Shown: in pieces, positions 1 through 14,410 of the stretch | Layout of the letters: each line of letters starts with the position of its first letter | How positions within the stretch are numbered: the stretch's first letter is position 1 | From: Eledone cirrhosa | Lineage: Eukaryota | Assembly: GCA_964016885.1 (NCBI GenBank) | Contig: OZ024743.1 | Coordinates: 200,198,001 to 200,262,000 of the forward strand | DNA: 64,000 nt | Direction of reading: 5' to 3' | Position numbers and translations under genes: made by a program | The notes under the pieces: model-generated | Told to the model about the DNA's origin: nothing | Database searches by the model: none | Seen by the model: the letters and a program-made list of their open reading frames with translations, nothing else

Positions 1-607
1 ATATTTCCTTTCAAGGAATGTATTTATACTCTCAGCTGCCTGCAATGGTATCTTTGGAATATTGTTAATCAATTTTTTAGTAATCTACAGATATCAATAT
101 CAGTAGTATATTGAAAAATGGAAAAATAGGGTAGGGGGGCGTTTCGTGATTTCGAGGGACAAAAGGGGGCGTTTGGCCTAAATGGGTTGAGAACCTGTGA
201 TCTACATCTTTCAAATCTCAGCTCTTTCGCTATCTTACGAAAAAGCGTATTTTATGAAAATGACTACATATTTATGATATAAGAGCCTTTCAATTTTCAA
301 GTTAAGCTGCAGAGAACTATTAAATGGCTTTGAAATGTAAGAGTTGATCAGTGGGTGGTTGCTGCTGTGATGCAAGTTGAGCCGGATCAATTATATTTGG
401 GACGCCTTAGCAATGGTGTCTGTTTATAATGAAAGACACCGATGCCCCCCCCCCCCCCCCCGCCCCCTCAGGTTGCGTGTCAGCCCAACCATGATATGTA
501 GTATAGCCAGGGCGGAATATCTACAGATTCCTCATTGGTTCTGCATAGATATTCTCCTTTTCGCTAATCTTCAATATTATATTGGCATCTGATGGGCAGT
601 TGATTTC

Positions 608-733
608 CATTACTGTGCATGCCTTCTTTTCCCTGTCCCATTACTGTGCATGCCTTCTTTTCCCTGTCCCATTACTGTGCATGCCTTCTTTTCCCTGTCC
701 CATTACTGTGCATGCCTTCTTTTCCCTGTCCCA
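608..733. repeat. 31-bp tandem repeat, about 4 copies (cattactgtgcatgccttcttttccctgtcc)
   Basis: Directly visible; explains the repeated peptides in ORFs 582..779 and 619..990. Confidence 0.9.
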
Positions 734-974
734 CTATATCTGGTCTGTTATGCCTGCATTTTATTGGAGTTTTGACTGAAACATTCCTCCAGTACTCTTT
801 CATATTATGTATGCATGTCTTCCATATTACTGTAACTGTTAATATGTTTATTGTCGGGGCTACGCATGCATGTATATATGTATGCATGTATGTATTTATG
901 GATGTATGCATGTGTTCATGCATATGTGTGTGTATGTACGTATGTATACATGTATCTATGTACGTATTTGCATA

Positions 975-1265
975 CAGGCGTGAGGCATAGTGCTTAAAGG
1001 ATTCGATTAACGATCGCAAGGTCAGGGGTTTGAGTGCTGCCTGTGCGTTGTGTCTTTTAGCAAGACACATTATTTCATGTTCATCCAGACCACTCAGCTA
1101 ACAAAAGGTAAGCCTCGTCACACATTGTGTTATGCTAAATTTGGTTGAGGTTTACATTAGCGTAACACATATCTGTGGAAAGATTAGGCACTTGAACGAT
1201 AAGTTACCGAATAGATTGTTCCGTTGATCAAACAACTTAAACACTCGACATAAGAATTGCCGAAG
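975..1265 (+). mobile_element. Degenerate tRNA-derived SINE with CORE-like segment
   Basis: A-box-like GGCATAGTGCTTAAG, degenerate B-box, then tgtgtcttttagcaagacac; similar to the copy at 48009-48125. Confidence 0.5.
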
Positions 1266-1296
1266 ATCTAACACACATATATACACGAACACACAC

Positions 1297-1353
<57 letters not shown>

Positions 1354-1369
1354 TGCATATATATATATA

Positions 1370-1481
<112 letters not shown>

Positions 1482-1844
1482 TTGTTTTTTGATATCACTG
1501 GTGTCTGTTAACAATCAATGACCAACAACCAGAACATGCGTATTTTAGGATATAATACGATTCTGCATCGTATATCAATGATATCTATGATAGCTTGTAG
1601 ACATTCTGCTGCAATGTTGGCAGAAAATGTTACATAACACTTATACAACTTATATCGTAGATAATATTGTTACAGCTCTATGATTTTCATAAAATATATC
1701 TGTTTACTAATGACCAGATAATATCGTACAAGAATAAGGCTGATGTACGCAAATACATACACAAGTACATACACTATACACAACATGCACACATGCATTT
1801 ATATCTACAAACATTTGCATATATATGCATATAATAAAATATGA

Positions 1845-1901
<57 letters not shown>

Positions 1902-1904
<3 letters not shown>

Positions 1905-2055
1905 CGAAGGAAATGTAGTAAGGAACCAGGTGGACCATAACGCACCAAAGTACTCAATACTTGAGGTAGTAGAGTGGGTAATAGGAACCAGTAAGACCCC
2001 GACAGAATTAGCCGTCGAAACGGCTTGAGCTCAGCTGTCGGGGTCTTACTGGTTC

Positions 2056-2060
<5 letters not shown>
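1902..2060 (-). mobile_element. Fold-back insertion, family A (tail plus inverted arms) in (TA)n
   Basis: Arms 1981-2005 and 2035-2059 are reverse complements; the tail 1902-1980 recurs in copies at 34916, 48868, 61891 and 62516. Confidence 0.85.
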
Positions 2061-2082
<22 letters not shown>

Positions 2083-2087
<5 letters not shown>

Positions 2088-2146
2088 AGTGTATCCCGGG
2101 TTCAAGCGAGGGTAACCACAGTTAGTAAGGTACTCCATACATAGCG
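2083..2146 (-). mobile_element. Tail-only fragment of a dispersed repeat (homologous to 44618-44695)
   Basis: ccgggttcaagcgagggtaaccacagttagtaaggtactc matches ccgggttgaatcggaggtaaccacagtaagtaaggtactc; both abut (TA)n. Confidence 0.65.
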
Positions 2147-2398
2147 TGTGCACGCGCACGTGTGTGTGTGTGGATGAATGTATTTATGTGTATAAATGCA
2201 AGTAGTTATAACGGATTTCACTTCTTCCTAACGGTTTTTCGCAATCCTTACCGCTCCCACCAATATTTTACCCCATTTCTAGACTATTAAATATAGCGAG
2301 CGACTCTCTTTTTACAGTTATTTTCTGCGTTTGAGCTTCACACATTTATAAATATAGATATTGCCTTTTGGCTAAGATGAAAGTGTAGTATATATATA

Positions 2399-2493
2399 CA
2401 GCCCCCCCCCCCCCCAAAAAAAAAATACATACTTTGGTTACCTGTAGAGGCAATATTTATTAGAATGTTGTGTTTATATTTTTTGGGACACTG
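2399..2493. mobile_element. Short Tc1/mariner-type MITE
   Basis: TA-flanked CAG...tttttgggacactg ends; the interior matches the reverse complement of 56489-56589. Confidence 0.55.
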
Positions 2494-2499
2494 TATATA

Positions 2500-2980
2500 T
2501 CTATATATATAAAACTTAGGATGTCTGTATGTGAGTGTGTGTATCTGTGAGTTTGAATCCCTAAAACTCGAGAAGTACCCAACCGATTTTTTCAAACTTC
2601 ACATGTGTATTACTTATGTTTCAGGGAGTGTTATGCAACTTTTTGATCCCTAGGGCGCGCATTAGGTGAAAAACTTCATTTTTTCAGTTTTTTAGGGTTT
2701 TTTTTTTAGGCTTTACGTCTAGTCCATTTTCCCGAAATTTCAAGGCATATTATGCAGAAAAAGAAAATTCATTTTCTTGATCCCCTAGGGCCCGCATTAG
2801 GTGAAAATCTGCATTTTTCCTTCTTCATCGAGGAAAATCTTAAATATTATCCAGCCATCAGAGTATTCGGTTTATTTTCTCTACATATCGTCCGGGCATG
2901 CAGTTCTGCCACGATTAGGTCTGTTGGCGGCCTGCGTTCCAAAATACCTTAACCCGTGCAACGCCGGGTACTGCTGCTAG
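2500..2980 (+). mobile_element. Non-autonomous Helitron
   Basis: Starts TC(tatatatataaaa) after A; ends with hairpin cccgtgcaacgccggg then CTAG before T, the canonical Helitron termini. Internal duplication of gatcccctagggc..cattaggtgaaaa. Confidence 0.75.
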
Positions 2981-2982
2981 TA

Positions 2983-3069
<87 letters not shown>

Positions 3070-3487
3070 GTGTCTGTATATATGTATATATATATATATG
3101 TATCTGTTTCGTTTCTGAATTTGTTTAGCAAGATTCTTTATCTGAAAACGTGTGTTGAAACCGATATTGTTATGTTTTGGGAGGGTCATGTTGCCAATAA
3201 GAAACACACGCACCAGTTGTTTCACTCCAATTTATTATAAATTAAATTTATAAATTTAAGAATTTATAAATTTCCGGTTGGTTGGTTGGTTCCATAACCG
3301 GACGGTTGTTCATATATTGTCAAAGTTCTTTCGTCACACATTCTGTTTTTGTGTGTGTTGTGTGCTTAGTTTGTGCATGTGTTACATCCGGGTGTCTGTG
3401 TGTGTTTTTAATTGTTTATTTATTTGTTTATTTACATGTCACTGGTTGGTTGTTTGTTCTATGTGTGTGTGTGTTTTCGTTTTGTCC

Positions 3488-5007
3488 TTAATTGTAAATT
3501 GTGATGTTGCTATTCCATTCATGTTTTCTATTTAATTTTGGTTGGAGTTCATTTATGTTTATTGCCTCTGTGATTCGTCTAAACATTGCGTCTTTTCTGT
3601 GTGTAGATTCTATTTTTATTTCTATGTTCTCTAATTTGCCCTTATGTTCTATTTTAGCATGTTGGTGGAGTATTGATGATTCGTTTTTATTTTGAAGTTC
3701 TCGCCAGTGTTCATTTAACCGTTCTACTATACTACTAGCTGTCTCACCTATGTACACTATATTCTTATCTTTATATTGTCCTTCAGTACATCTTATGCTA
3801 TATACTACAGTTCTAGTTTTACAGTTAATATGGGGGCTTAGTTTACAGATTATGCATTTCTTATCTATACAGGGGGGGTCTTTGAAAAAAGTATGTATTG
3901 CTAATAAGTGTTTTTATGGAGGTACCTGGTCTTTCTACTATCTTAATATTAAGGTTATGTTTATCTAGGGCCCTTCTAAATTTGTAAGCTAATTCACCTC
4001 TAGGGGTTGTATTAGTGAAGATTACACTCTGGTATTTATTGCTATCATACCATGAGTTTATTCTATTAACCTTATTCCTAGTTCTTTCTATTCTATTCCA
4101 AAATGTGCTCCTATACAAGGGGCAGGTCCCATTTGGATCATTATTTACCATTTTTTCCCATTTGGTTCTGGCTCCTCTATATACTCTGATTTTATCTCTC
4201 TGATTGTAACCAGAGAACTGCATACGCTGGAAGAAGTGTTGTATTTGTCTCTCTAGTTCTTTGGGGTTGCACATGCGGGACACGTTTCTCATCACCCGTA
4301 CCAAATCCGCAATCAGTATGTTGATTTTGGTGTGATCCGAAACAGCTGAGTTTCGGTGGATCAGATATTTGGAAGTCATGGGTTTGGCATAATGGGAATG
4401 GAGGATTTGTTTTTTGTTATTAATGGTTTCTAACCAGAGCTCTGTGTCTAGTACAGGTAATCGATGGTTGGGGTATTTGCTTGGGTAGTCTATAGTAACT
4501 CTAATACTCTGGTGGATGGAGTTAGCTATTTGCTGGATGCTTTCCATGGTGTTTTTCTCTAATTCCTGACTGTTCTCTAGTGGGGGTGTTTTTACTACGA
4601 TGTTTATATCATCAACGTAGCGGAAGTACAATATCAGAGTTAAGAGGTTGCTGTCTTCTAATTGTTCTTTAAGTTTAAGTATATTGTCCCACCATACCAT
4701 GAATAGGTTAGCTATGTCACCTGCAATGCTAACACCAATGGATGTTCTCTCTTCCTGGGCATATGTTTGTCCATTAAATTTGAACATATGTTCCTTAAGG
4801 GTTAAAATTAAACTACCCCCCCCCCCCCCACATGTGCAATCATTATCTTTAGTACATCGTGGTTTTCGGGTGTCCGTATGGCTCTGGTCCACCCGTTCCA
4901 TCTTTCGGTGTGGGTTTTCTTGGTCATTGAGGTAATTGTAGGTGGTCTGCCTCTTGCTGGTCTTGTAGGGCACAGTTTTCTCAGGTCATATGTATCTAGA
5001 TAATCTA
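3488..5007 (-). pseudogene. PLE reverse transcriptase C-terminal part plus GIY-YIG endonuclease (frameshifted)
   Basis: ORF 3861..4973 has RYVDD, LPVLDTELW and HYAKPMTSKYLIH; ORF 3488..3757 has YIGET..ERLNEH and EAININELQPKLN. Confidence 0.9.
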
Positions 5008-5263
5008 GGTAAATAGAAATAGAAACAACACAACTAACAATAACTATAGCAATAGTATACATAAAGCAGCAGCCCGGAATTTTACTTTTTATAATTCTTC
5101 CGATATGTCCTTCGACCTACGACGAGTCCACGCCACGACTTTAGCTTTTAACAAACGCACGCAATTGCCGTCACAGGTCGATGAATAAACAGACGCACAA
5201 TTTAGTATAGATATATTTAAACTTAGAAATAGTATAGAACAGTATAGCAAGAAGCAAAATAGA

Positions 5264-7412
5264 ATGGAGGCTCAGCAATTGGGAGAAAAATCTGCAAATA
5301 GCTTGCGTAAGCTCGTGCAGCGCTCGCGTAATGGAGAGATTGCATGCTTTCCAACAGACAAGTCTGGCAGAATGTCGGTTGACAGTCTGTCAAACTACAT
5401 CCAGGCAATGCAACCCCACATCACTAACACAGGAGAAGTAACACCACAAGAGCATGAGGATAGGGAGAAAACCCTCAATGCCCATATGATGATGTGGACA
5501 AACATAATGCAGCCCAATAAAAGGACTGCCAACAACTTCCAGGCCTGGAACAATGACGTGCCAGCGTTGTATAGGCTTCGAAAAAACCATAAAATGAACA
5601 GTGACTCTGTCACAGGACCACCAACACGGCCAGTCTGTGGAGCTATCATTGCTAGTAACTACAGACTTTCCTACTTCCTCTCCCTGATCATACGCCCCAT
5701 CATTGAAATGTTCCCAGATATATGTGACAGCCCGGAGGACCTCCTCAGCAGAATCAGCGAAAATAACCGATCTAGGGACCTAACAAACTGTATAATAGGT
5801 AGTATGGATGTTGTGGCCCTATATCCATCCATTGACGTGGATTTTGCTGTGGAGAAATGATCAGTGAGAGCAATGTTGAATTCCGTGGGATTGATACCAG
5901 TGAGCTGGGACTCCTACTTAAACTTACCTATAGTAACGATTATCTAGATACATATAACCTTAGCAACCTGTGCCCTACAAGACTAGCAAGAGGCAGACCA
6001 CCTACCATTACCTCAATGGCCAAGAAAACCCACACAGAAAGATGTAACGGGTAGACCAGAGCCATACGGACCCCCGAAAACTACGATGAACTAAAGAAAA
6101 TGATTGAACATGCGGTGGGGGCCAGTATAAAATTAAACCTTAAGGAACATATGTTCAAATTTAATTGTTTCTACTTTTGGCAGGTGACATAGCTAACCTA
6201 TTCATGGTATGGTGGGACAATAAACTTAAACTTAAAGAACAATTAGAAGACAGCAACCTCTTAACCCTGATAATGTACTTCCGCTACGTTGATGATATAA
6301 ACATCGTAGTAAAAACACCCCCACTAGAGAACAGTCAGGAATTAGAGAAAAACACCATGGAAAGCATCCAGCAAATAGCTAACTCCATCCACCAGAGTAT
6401 TAGAGTTACTATAGACTACCCAAGCAAATACCCCAACTATCGATTACCTGTACTAGATACAGAGCACTGGTTAGAAACCATTAATAACAAAAAACAAATC
6501 CTCCATTCCCATTATACCAAACCCATGACTTCCAAATATCTGATCAACCGAAACTCAGCTGTTTCGGATCACACCAAAATCAATATACTGATTGCGGATT
6601 TGGTACGGGTGATGAAAAACGTGTCCCGCATGTGCAACCCCAAAGATCTAGAGAGACACATACAACACTTCATCCACCGTATGCAGTTCTCTGGTTACAA
6701 TCAGAGAGATAAAATCAGAGTATATAGAGGAGTCAGAACCAAATGGGAAAAAATGGTAAATAATGATACAAATGGGACTTTCCCCTTGCATAGGAGCACA
6801 TTTTGGAATAGAATAGAAAGAACTAGGAATAAGCTTAATAGAATAAACTCATGGTATGATAGCAATAAATACCAGAGTGTAATGTTCATCAATACAACCC
6901 CTAGAGGTGAATTAGCTTACAAATTTAGAAGGGCCCTAGATAAACATAACCTTAATATTAAGATAGTAGAAAGACCAGGTACCTCCATAAAAACACTTAT
7001 TAGCAATACATACTTTTTTCAAAGACCTCCCTGTATAGATAAGAAATGCATAATCTGTAAACTAAGCCCCCATATTAACTGTAAAACTAGAACTGTAGTA
7101 TATAGCATAAGATGTACTGAAGGACAATATAAAGATAAGAATATAGTGTACATAGGTGAGACAGCTCGTAGTATAGGAGAACGGTTAAATGAACACTGGC
7201 GAGAACTTCAAGATAAAAAAGAATCATCAATACTCCACCAACATGCTAAAATAGAACATAAGGGCAAATTAGAGAACAGAAATAAAAATAGAATCTACAC
7301 ACAGAAAAGACGCAATGTTTAGACAAATCACAGAGGCAATAAACATAAATGAACTCCAACCAAAATTAAATAGAAAACATGAATGGAATAGCAACATCAA
7401 AACTTACAATTA
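5264..7412 (+). pseudogene. PLE reverse transcriptase plus C-terminal GIY-YIG endonuclease (frameshifted; clade uncertain, possibly Nematis-like)
   Basis: TDKSGR, RPVCGA, GSMDVVALYPSI, RYVDD, a Cys-rich linker and VVYSIRC...VYIGET across ORFs 5264..5860, 5857..6054 and 6165..7322. Confidence 0.9.
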
Positions 7413-7611
7413 AGGACAAAATGAAAAGACACACACACATAGAACAAACAACCAACCAGTGACATGTAAATAAACAAATAAATAAACAAATAAAAACACA
7501 CACAGACACCCGGATGTAACACATGCGCAAACTAAGCACACAACACTCACAAAAAGAAGATGGCGTAGTTCAGATCAAAGGAGAGGAACAAAACAAAGAA
7601 AAGAATCCCTA

Positions 7612-7654
7612 GTCACTGAAGAGGTCAAAGAATGTGTGACGAAAGAACTTTGAC
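7612..7654 (+). ncRNA. Type I hammerhead ribozyme-like motif in the PLE 3' region
   Basis: gtca-CTGAAGA-g-gtca..tgac-GAAA-g-aa-CTT-tgac: stem I gtca/tgac, stem II gtca/tgac, minimal stem III, predicted cleavage after 7650. Confidence 0.65.
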
Positions 7655-7851
7655 AATATATGAACAACCGTCCGGTTATGGAACCAACCAACCAACCGGA
7701 AATTTATAAATTCTTAAATTTATAAATTTAATTTATAATAAATTGGAGTTAAAGCAACTGGTGTGTGTGTTTCTTATTGGCAACATGACCCTCCCAAAGA
7801 AAAACAATATATGTATGTGTATATACATATATATATATATATATACATACA

Positions 7852-8052
7852 CGAGAGTCGGCTGAAAAGCTCATAGGCTGACCAAGATACTCTCTTGGAA
7901 TGCCCAAATGAGGCTTATTTTTCAACATTGTCCCCGAAAAAAAAAAGCAATACAGTTATTAAAAAGAAGAGATGAAATATATGCATGCAAGATTTCACTG
8001 AAATAGCATCACTCCTTCGTAGACATCTTATGAACTTTTCAGCGTTGCTGGT
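7852..8052. mobile_element. Mariner-type MITE relic
   Basis: TIR-like gctgaaaagctcata / tatgaacttttcagc near TA-flanked ends. Confidence 0.55.
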
Positions 8053-8600
8053 CTATATATATATATATATGTTTCTGTATGCGTATGTGTGAGTTTGTGT
8101 GTATGTATCTGCATGCATGTATATGGGTATAAATGTGTAGATAGATACACCTTTTGCCAAACACTTCAGTTTTGACCATTTATGAAATGTTGTACTAAGA
8201 GTCAATTCTTTGTTTCTTATGTCTTATCTTTTTAGACGGTAAAATATAATTTATGAGTAATTAGTTTCTATTTCTCGCAGGTTGTATGGCCACATAAAAT
8301 CTCCACCAGTGGCTTAGTTTATATTAGTCTTCTCAAATTACATTCGTGCCAAAATAAAAAATGGTGGTTTTGATTTGTTTCTTCAGAATCGTACACGTTG
8401 TTTTCCTCGATCGTAAAAATGATAGAAATATAAATTACGACTGAAAAGTTGGGGTAAAAAAGTTGCCCATAACTGGTTTAAATCATCTTTAACATTAATC
8501 TTTTCGTGGTCAGTAGTGTGCGTGATTCTTCCTCAATATCTTTCTCCCGTCTGTCCGCCGGGGCCCCGGAGCGGCCAGCGTGTGGATCTCCATTTGCTCA

Positions 8601-8914
8601 TAATAATTGTTTCTACTTTGGCACAAGGCCAGAAATTACTCAGTATATTACTGGTACTTTATTTTATCGACCCCGTAAGGATGAAAGGCAAAGTTAACCT
8701 CGGCGGGATTGAACCATTTGCTCATAATAATTGTTTCTACTTTTGGCACAAGGCCAGCAATTATCCAGTACATTACTGGTACTTTATTTTATCTACCCCG
8801 TAAGGATGTATGGCAAAGTTGACCTCGGCGGGATTTGAACTCAGAATGGAAAGGGCCGTAATTCTATGCGTCAAAGCCTGACGTCCGACCCTCTACCGAT
8901 ACTACCAATCCACC
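8601..8914 (-). mobile_element. tRNA-derived SINE (one full copy plus a duplicated 3' part)
   Basis: Reverse strand has A-box TGGTAGTATCGG, B-box GTTCAAATCC and a ttgcctttcatccttacggggtcgataaaataaagtaccag core; homologous to copies at 34707 and 58666. Confidence 0.85.
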
Positions 8915-9397
8915 AAGAGATGTGAAGAACTGGTGAAACGGAGGCAGTGACAGTGGTTCCGTTCCTTTGTGTTCGGACCTGGTCTATATAGATATATGTT
9001 TCACAGACAAACGCTATTTTTTTTACTTTGTACTCTCCCTTCTCATTCGTTTATAGAAATCTGCTGTCATCCGACGACATATAGATAATAGCCTGCGCCA
9101 GGTTTCACGAGGGCAACCCAAAGAATCTTGCGGGGTGTTTAGAACCTATTGATGGAGTTTCTTTACTCGATTCTTTGCTCTAACTCGTATTCATTGCAGA
9201 AATTATGTCAGCCTTAGTACATTTGAATCATCCTAAAAGTAACGGTAAGGTGTGGCTGCAATAGAATTAAAAATAAAAATAATAATGTTAGTAGTAACAT
9301 ATCTATTTAAGATTATCATTTTGAAATGAAGTTGAACCGGAAGTTCTCTAAACCGAAAGCAAACAACAGACGATAAATTAGTAAAGTGTGGGTGGAA

Positions 9398-9536
<139 letters not shown>

Positions 9537-10222
9537 ATTTATACATACACACACACAAATATATATATACATATATGTATATATATTTATATATGTGGGT
9601 GTGTATGTGCGCGCGCGTGTGAGTGTGTGTATGAATGTACGTTTATGACAATCATTTAAGTGTATAAATATGTGCATACTTATGAGATAAATACTTAAGA
9701 ATATAATTACTTATATCTATACACGTGTTTCAGAGTTTGTGTTATATACTCGACATTACATGACGGCGTTGGTCAACAATGCATTGCGTCTCTTTATGTT
9801 CAGAGTTCGAATTTTCCGAATTCATTCCTTACAGATTCGATAAAATAAAGTAGCAGTCAAATAGGTTTTGCCATGTACCATCGTTAGTTATTCTCTTACT
9901 AGTACCAGTTATAAGACTGCAGTCATCCTGGGGCACCAATATAAAGGTATTTTATTCGATCACGTTAAATCCAGTATTTACTTTAAACCAAGCACGCAAT
10001 TTTATGTCTTTTTTGTCGAACAATTAAGTTACGAAGCATACTTACACCAGAAGGAAGGGGCGATCACCCATCCACTTTGGGGTGGGTGAGAGATGTCTTC
10101 TCTTGTGAAAATGGGTATAGCTTTCATTATGTAAATCTCCCTATATTGCCTCATTTCTCCCCGTTTTGGGGCACTTTACTCATGGTACTTCCTGTTTGGG
10201 TTTCTAGAAGTTGGCAGGTCTG

Positions 10223-10253
<31 letters not shown>

Positions 10254-10290
10254 ACACACACATATATATATATATATATGCATATATATA

Positions 10291-10350
<60 letters not shown>

Positions 10351-11075
10351 TGTCTGTCCGAGTCTGTGAATGTGTGAGCATGTGTATGTGTGTGTGTGTT
10401 CTTATAAACATATATATATATATATACATGACTTCAACAGTTTCCATCCACTAAATTCCACTCACAAGACATTAGTTAACCCGAGATTATAGAAGACAGC
10501 GGTCCAACCAACGTGCTGCTGACTCAACCAGGAATCACGTATTTGGGAAGCGAACACGTTACTTCATTATATTCTGTAAGCTTATATTTAAATTTAAATG
10601 TGACCTTAAATTTCTTCTTCACACAATTCAATGCTGTCTCTTAGAAATTAATTTAGTACAATTATTTTGGAAATGCTCATTTTAAAAGTATTTCTGTATA
10701 TGCGAATGCGTTCGCACTCATCTAATGGATATATATCTTTTTGATACAAGAGTGTGCGCTTACTTCTGTTTATATGCATGTATGCAAAGGCACCGTAGTA
10801 TTTCATACACTAACGAATCAAGCCATTATCACTTGTGCATCACGGAGAAACATCATATGTTAAATTATCTGATGAACTCAGCTTATGTTTAATATAAATT
10901 CTTCCCGTAAGAGGATGCTCAAGATAAATGGTCAACAAGATGTGGAACACATTAAGCTTATATTGTATGTTTTTTTTCTTTCTGTGTATAAAAAGCCATC
11001 ACTCGTTTATTTTCACATCAAGCCATATCATTAAATAGTTGCAGTTATATCTATATTAAACTTTATATACATACA

Positions 11076-11257
<182 letters not shown>

Positions 11258-11267
11258 CATATATATG

Positions 11268-11534
<267 letters not shown>

Positions 11535-12187
11535 TTATTTCTATGTTTATCTTTAGAAGTATAGAAGAGTAATTATTATCACTACTACAACGAATGACAT
11601 TGTGATCTTATTTTATTTCATTCTATTTCGACTTCTTTGAATAAAAGAAGAAAAAATTGAAAACGGTTGCAAATGCTTTGAAAAAAGACACATAAAAGCT
11701 GTATAAATAAACTTAACAAGCCCAAATTATTCCCATTTTAAAATCATACACGTCATACAAATATACACCCGTATCTATGCTCAGCTACCCCACCCCTCGT
11801 TTTCACTCTCTCGACTCATCCTTTCCCTCTTTCAAATTTTTCTTTCTCCCTTACTTTCTCTTCGCCTCTCTATGTCTCTATATTTCTCAGTCTCTGACCC
11901 CCCACCCCTCTCTATTTCTTTTCTTTTTTTCATTTTTTTTTCATTTTGTTAATTGTCTGTTTTTTTTTTCTTTCGTATTTTCTATTTTTTTCAAATGATA
12001 TATTATATTCAAAACAATTTCTCTTGTATTGAAATGAAGAGACTCTGTGTTCTAGGCATTATAAAATAAAAACATCTACATAAACAAGAAGGCAAATATA
12101 GCATTAAAAACAAAAGCAAGAATACAAATAAAAAAGAAAAAAGAAAATCAACAAATAACATCATTGTTGTCATCATCATCATCAACC

Positions 12188-12335
12188 TCATGAAGAACAA
12201 CGGAAACAACAACCAATCATCTTCATGCATTTCTTCATAGTCGCAGCTGTTGGTTTGAGTTGATTCAATGCCTGCTCTTCTATCTCCAATGGTGTTTCGC
12301 TCGGTGCTTTAGTAAAATGTCGACTGAACTGGTAC
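12188..12335 (-). CDS. Putative terminal exon of an unidentified host gene
   Basis: After TAG acceptor: g + YQFSRHFTKAPSETPLEIEEQALNQLKPTAATMKKCMKMIGCCFRCSS*; phase matches the exon at 15449-15540; no second copy seen in the window. Confidence 0.4.
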
Positions 12336-12666
12336 CTACATACGAATTCAGTGTAGCGTCACAGAAATGACAAAAACGACCATCTTGTTTTCGTTTGTTG
12401 AACATTTATATATTTAGCTATCATATCATAGAGGGCGACATATAATAGAATATTGTAGAGAGAGGGTAGGGATAAAGCATGGCTGTCAGTAAGGGTAGGA
12501 TAGTGAGGAGACCTCTCCTCCAGCTGAGAGAGGCAGATAAAGGATATATTGAAATTGGGATGGTTAGATAGAAGAATATAGTAAATGCGAGAAAAAGAGA
12601 GGGAAGGAAAGAGAGATATATACATACATACACACATAAATGTATGTATATACATTCCTATATTTG

Positions 12667-12759
<93 letters not shown>

Positions 12760-12991
12760 GAGAGTGAGCGAAAGAAAGAGAGAGAAGTTTGAAAGAGACA
12801 GATTGAGAGAGAGAGAGGGGAAGGGAGGGAGAGAAAGAGAGAGAGAGACGATAGGGATAAGTGTGACAGTGGATGAATTGACATACACAAACAAGCAATT
12901 ATATAGGTGTCTGCACATCTGTGTGTTCTTTGTCTTTGTTTGCATGCGCACACAGACTATAAATATATATATATATACATACATACATATA

Positions 12992-13066
<75 letters not shown>

Positions 13067-13081
13067 TATATGTGTATATAT

Positions 13082-13133
<52 letters not shown>

Positions 13134-13170
13134 GTGTATATATATATGTATATATATGTGTATATATATG

Positions 13171-13257
<87 letters not shown>

Positions 13258-13260
13258 GTG

Positions 13261-13291
<31 letters not shown>

Positions 13292-13366
13292 GTGTATATA
13301 TATATGTATATATATGTATATATATATATGTGTATATATATATGTATATATATGTGTATATATATG

Positions 13367-13408
<42 letters not shown>

Positions 13409-13426
13409 AATATATATATATATATG

Positions 13427-13514
<88 letters not shown>

Positions 13515-13993
13515 TGTATATTCACATATTTTTGTTCTGTGTGAACATAAATAATTTATAATATAAAATAATGTATATATAAGTGTGAGGGGGGGGGGTG
13601 TACGTATGTATGTATGCATGTATGTACGTGTGTATGTGTGTATGTGTGTGTACGTATGTATGTATGCTTATATGTATTGTGTGTGTGTCTTTGTGTGTCT
13701 ATGTGTGTGTGATTGGGTGGGTATGTGTAATTTAGAGTATGTATGTGTAGATATATGTATAAATACACATTCCTATAGCATACTCTGAAAGACATGCGTA
13801 CTCATACATATACACACAGTCAAAGAGAAAGGACTGGAAAAGCGCGTTGGGGGTCGAATATATTTATTATCATTCGCTGATGTTTTGATTATTTTTCTTT
13901 TCGTTTGTCATTGTTTACCTTTTGCTTTTCTGCTTTTCAGTGTTTGTTCTGAGAATTGATATGCATATATATATACGTTATGATATATATATG

Positions 13994-14032
<39 letters not shown>

Positions 14033-14033
14033 T

Positions 14034-14079
<46 letters not shown>

Positions 14080-14086
14080 CGTTATG

Positions 14087-14120
<34 letters not shown>

Positions 14121-14125
14121 GTATT

Positions 14126-14182
<57 letters not shown>

Positions 14183-14370
14183 ATATATATATATTTATTT
14201 ATATATATATATACACGCATACATATGTATATGTATAAGTGTATGTGCATAACTGTATATACGTACATTTATTTATGTAAAAGGTAAACTAATAATAAAG
14301 CAAACTCTACAGAATATTGAAGAAATATATTAGTTTAACGCTTTAAATACCAGGAAAAGGAGAAATATGT

Positions 14371-14410
14371 ATGTTTAACGTTTCGAGCACTAGTCCTTCA
14401 TCAGAAGATA
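14371..14410 (-). ncRNA. Minimal hammerhead motif, dispersed family H
   Basis: Reverse strand tatctt-CTGATGA-aggactagtgctc-GAAAC-GTT-aaacata; homologues at 60241 and 62920. Confidence 0.55.

Larger units (their letters stand above)
3103..7810. mobile_element. Penelope-like retroelement as a large inverted pair (5'-truncated minus copy 3103-5007 with extra tail; longer plus copy to 7810), family B, flanked by (TA)n
   Basis: About 3164-5007 is a near reverse complement of about 5938-7810; both encode the same RT/GIY-YIG peptides; about 60 nt (3103-3163) is present only on the left end. Confidence 0.9.

Noticed and set aside
130-200. hAT-like terminal sequence (ggttgagaacc)
   Set aside because: Only one degenerate end is visible at the window edge.
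5858-5860. TGA in the PLE RT as possible selenocysteine recoding (known in Naiad PLEs)
   Set aside because: The protein continues in a different frame (MISESNVEF), which indicates a frameshift. The endonuclease is also C-terminal, unlike Naiads.
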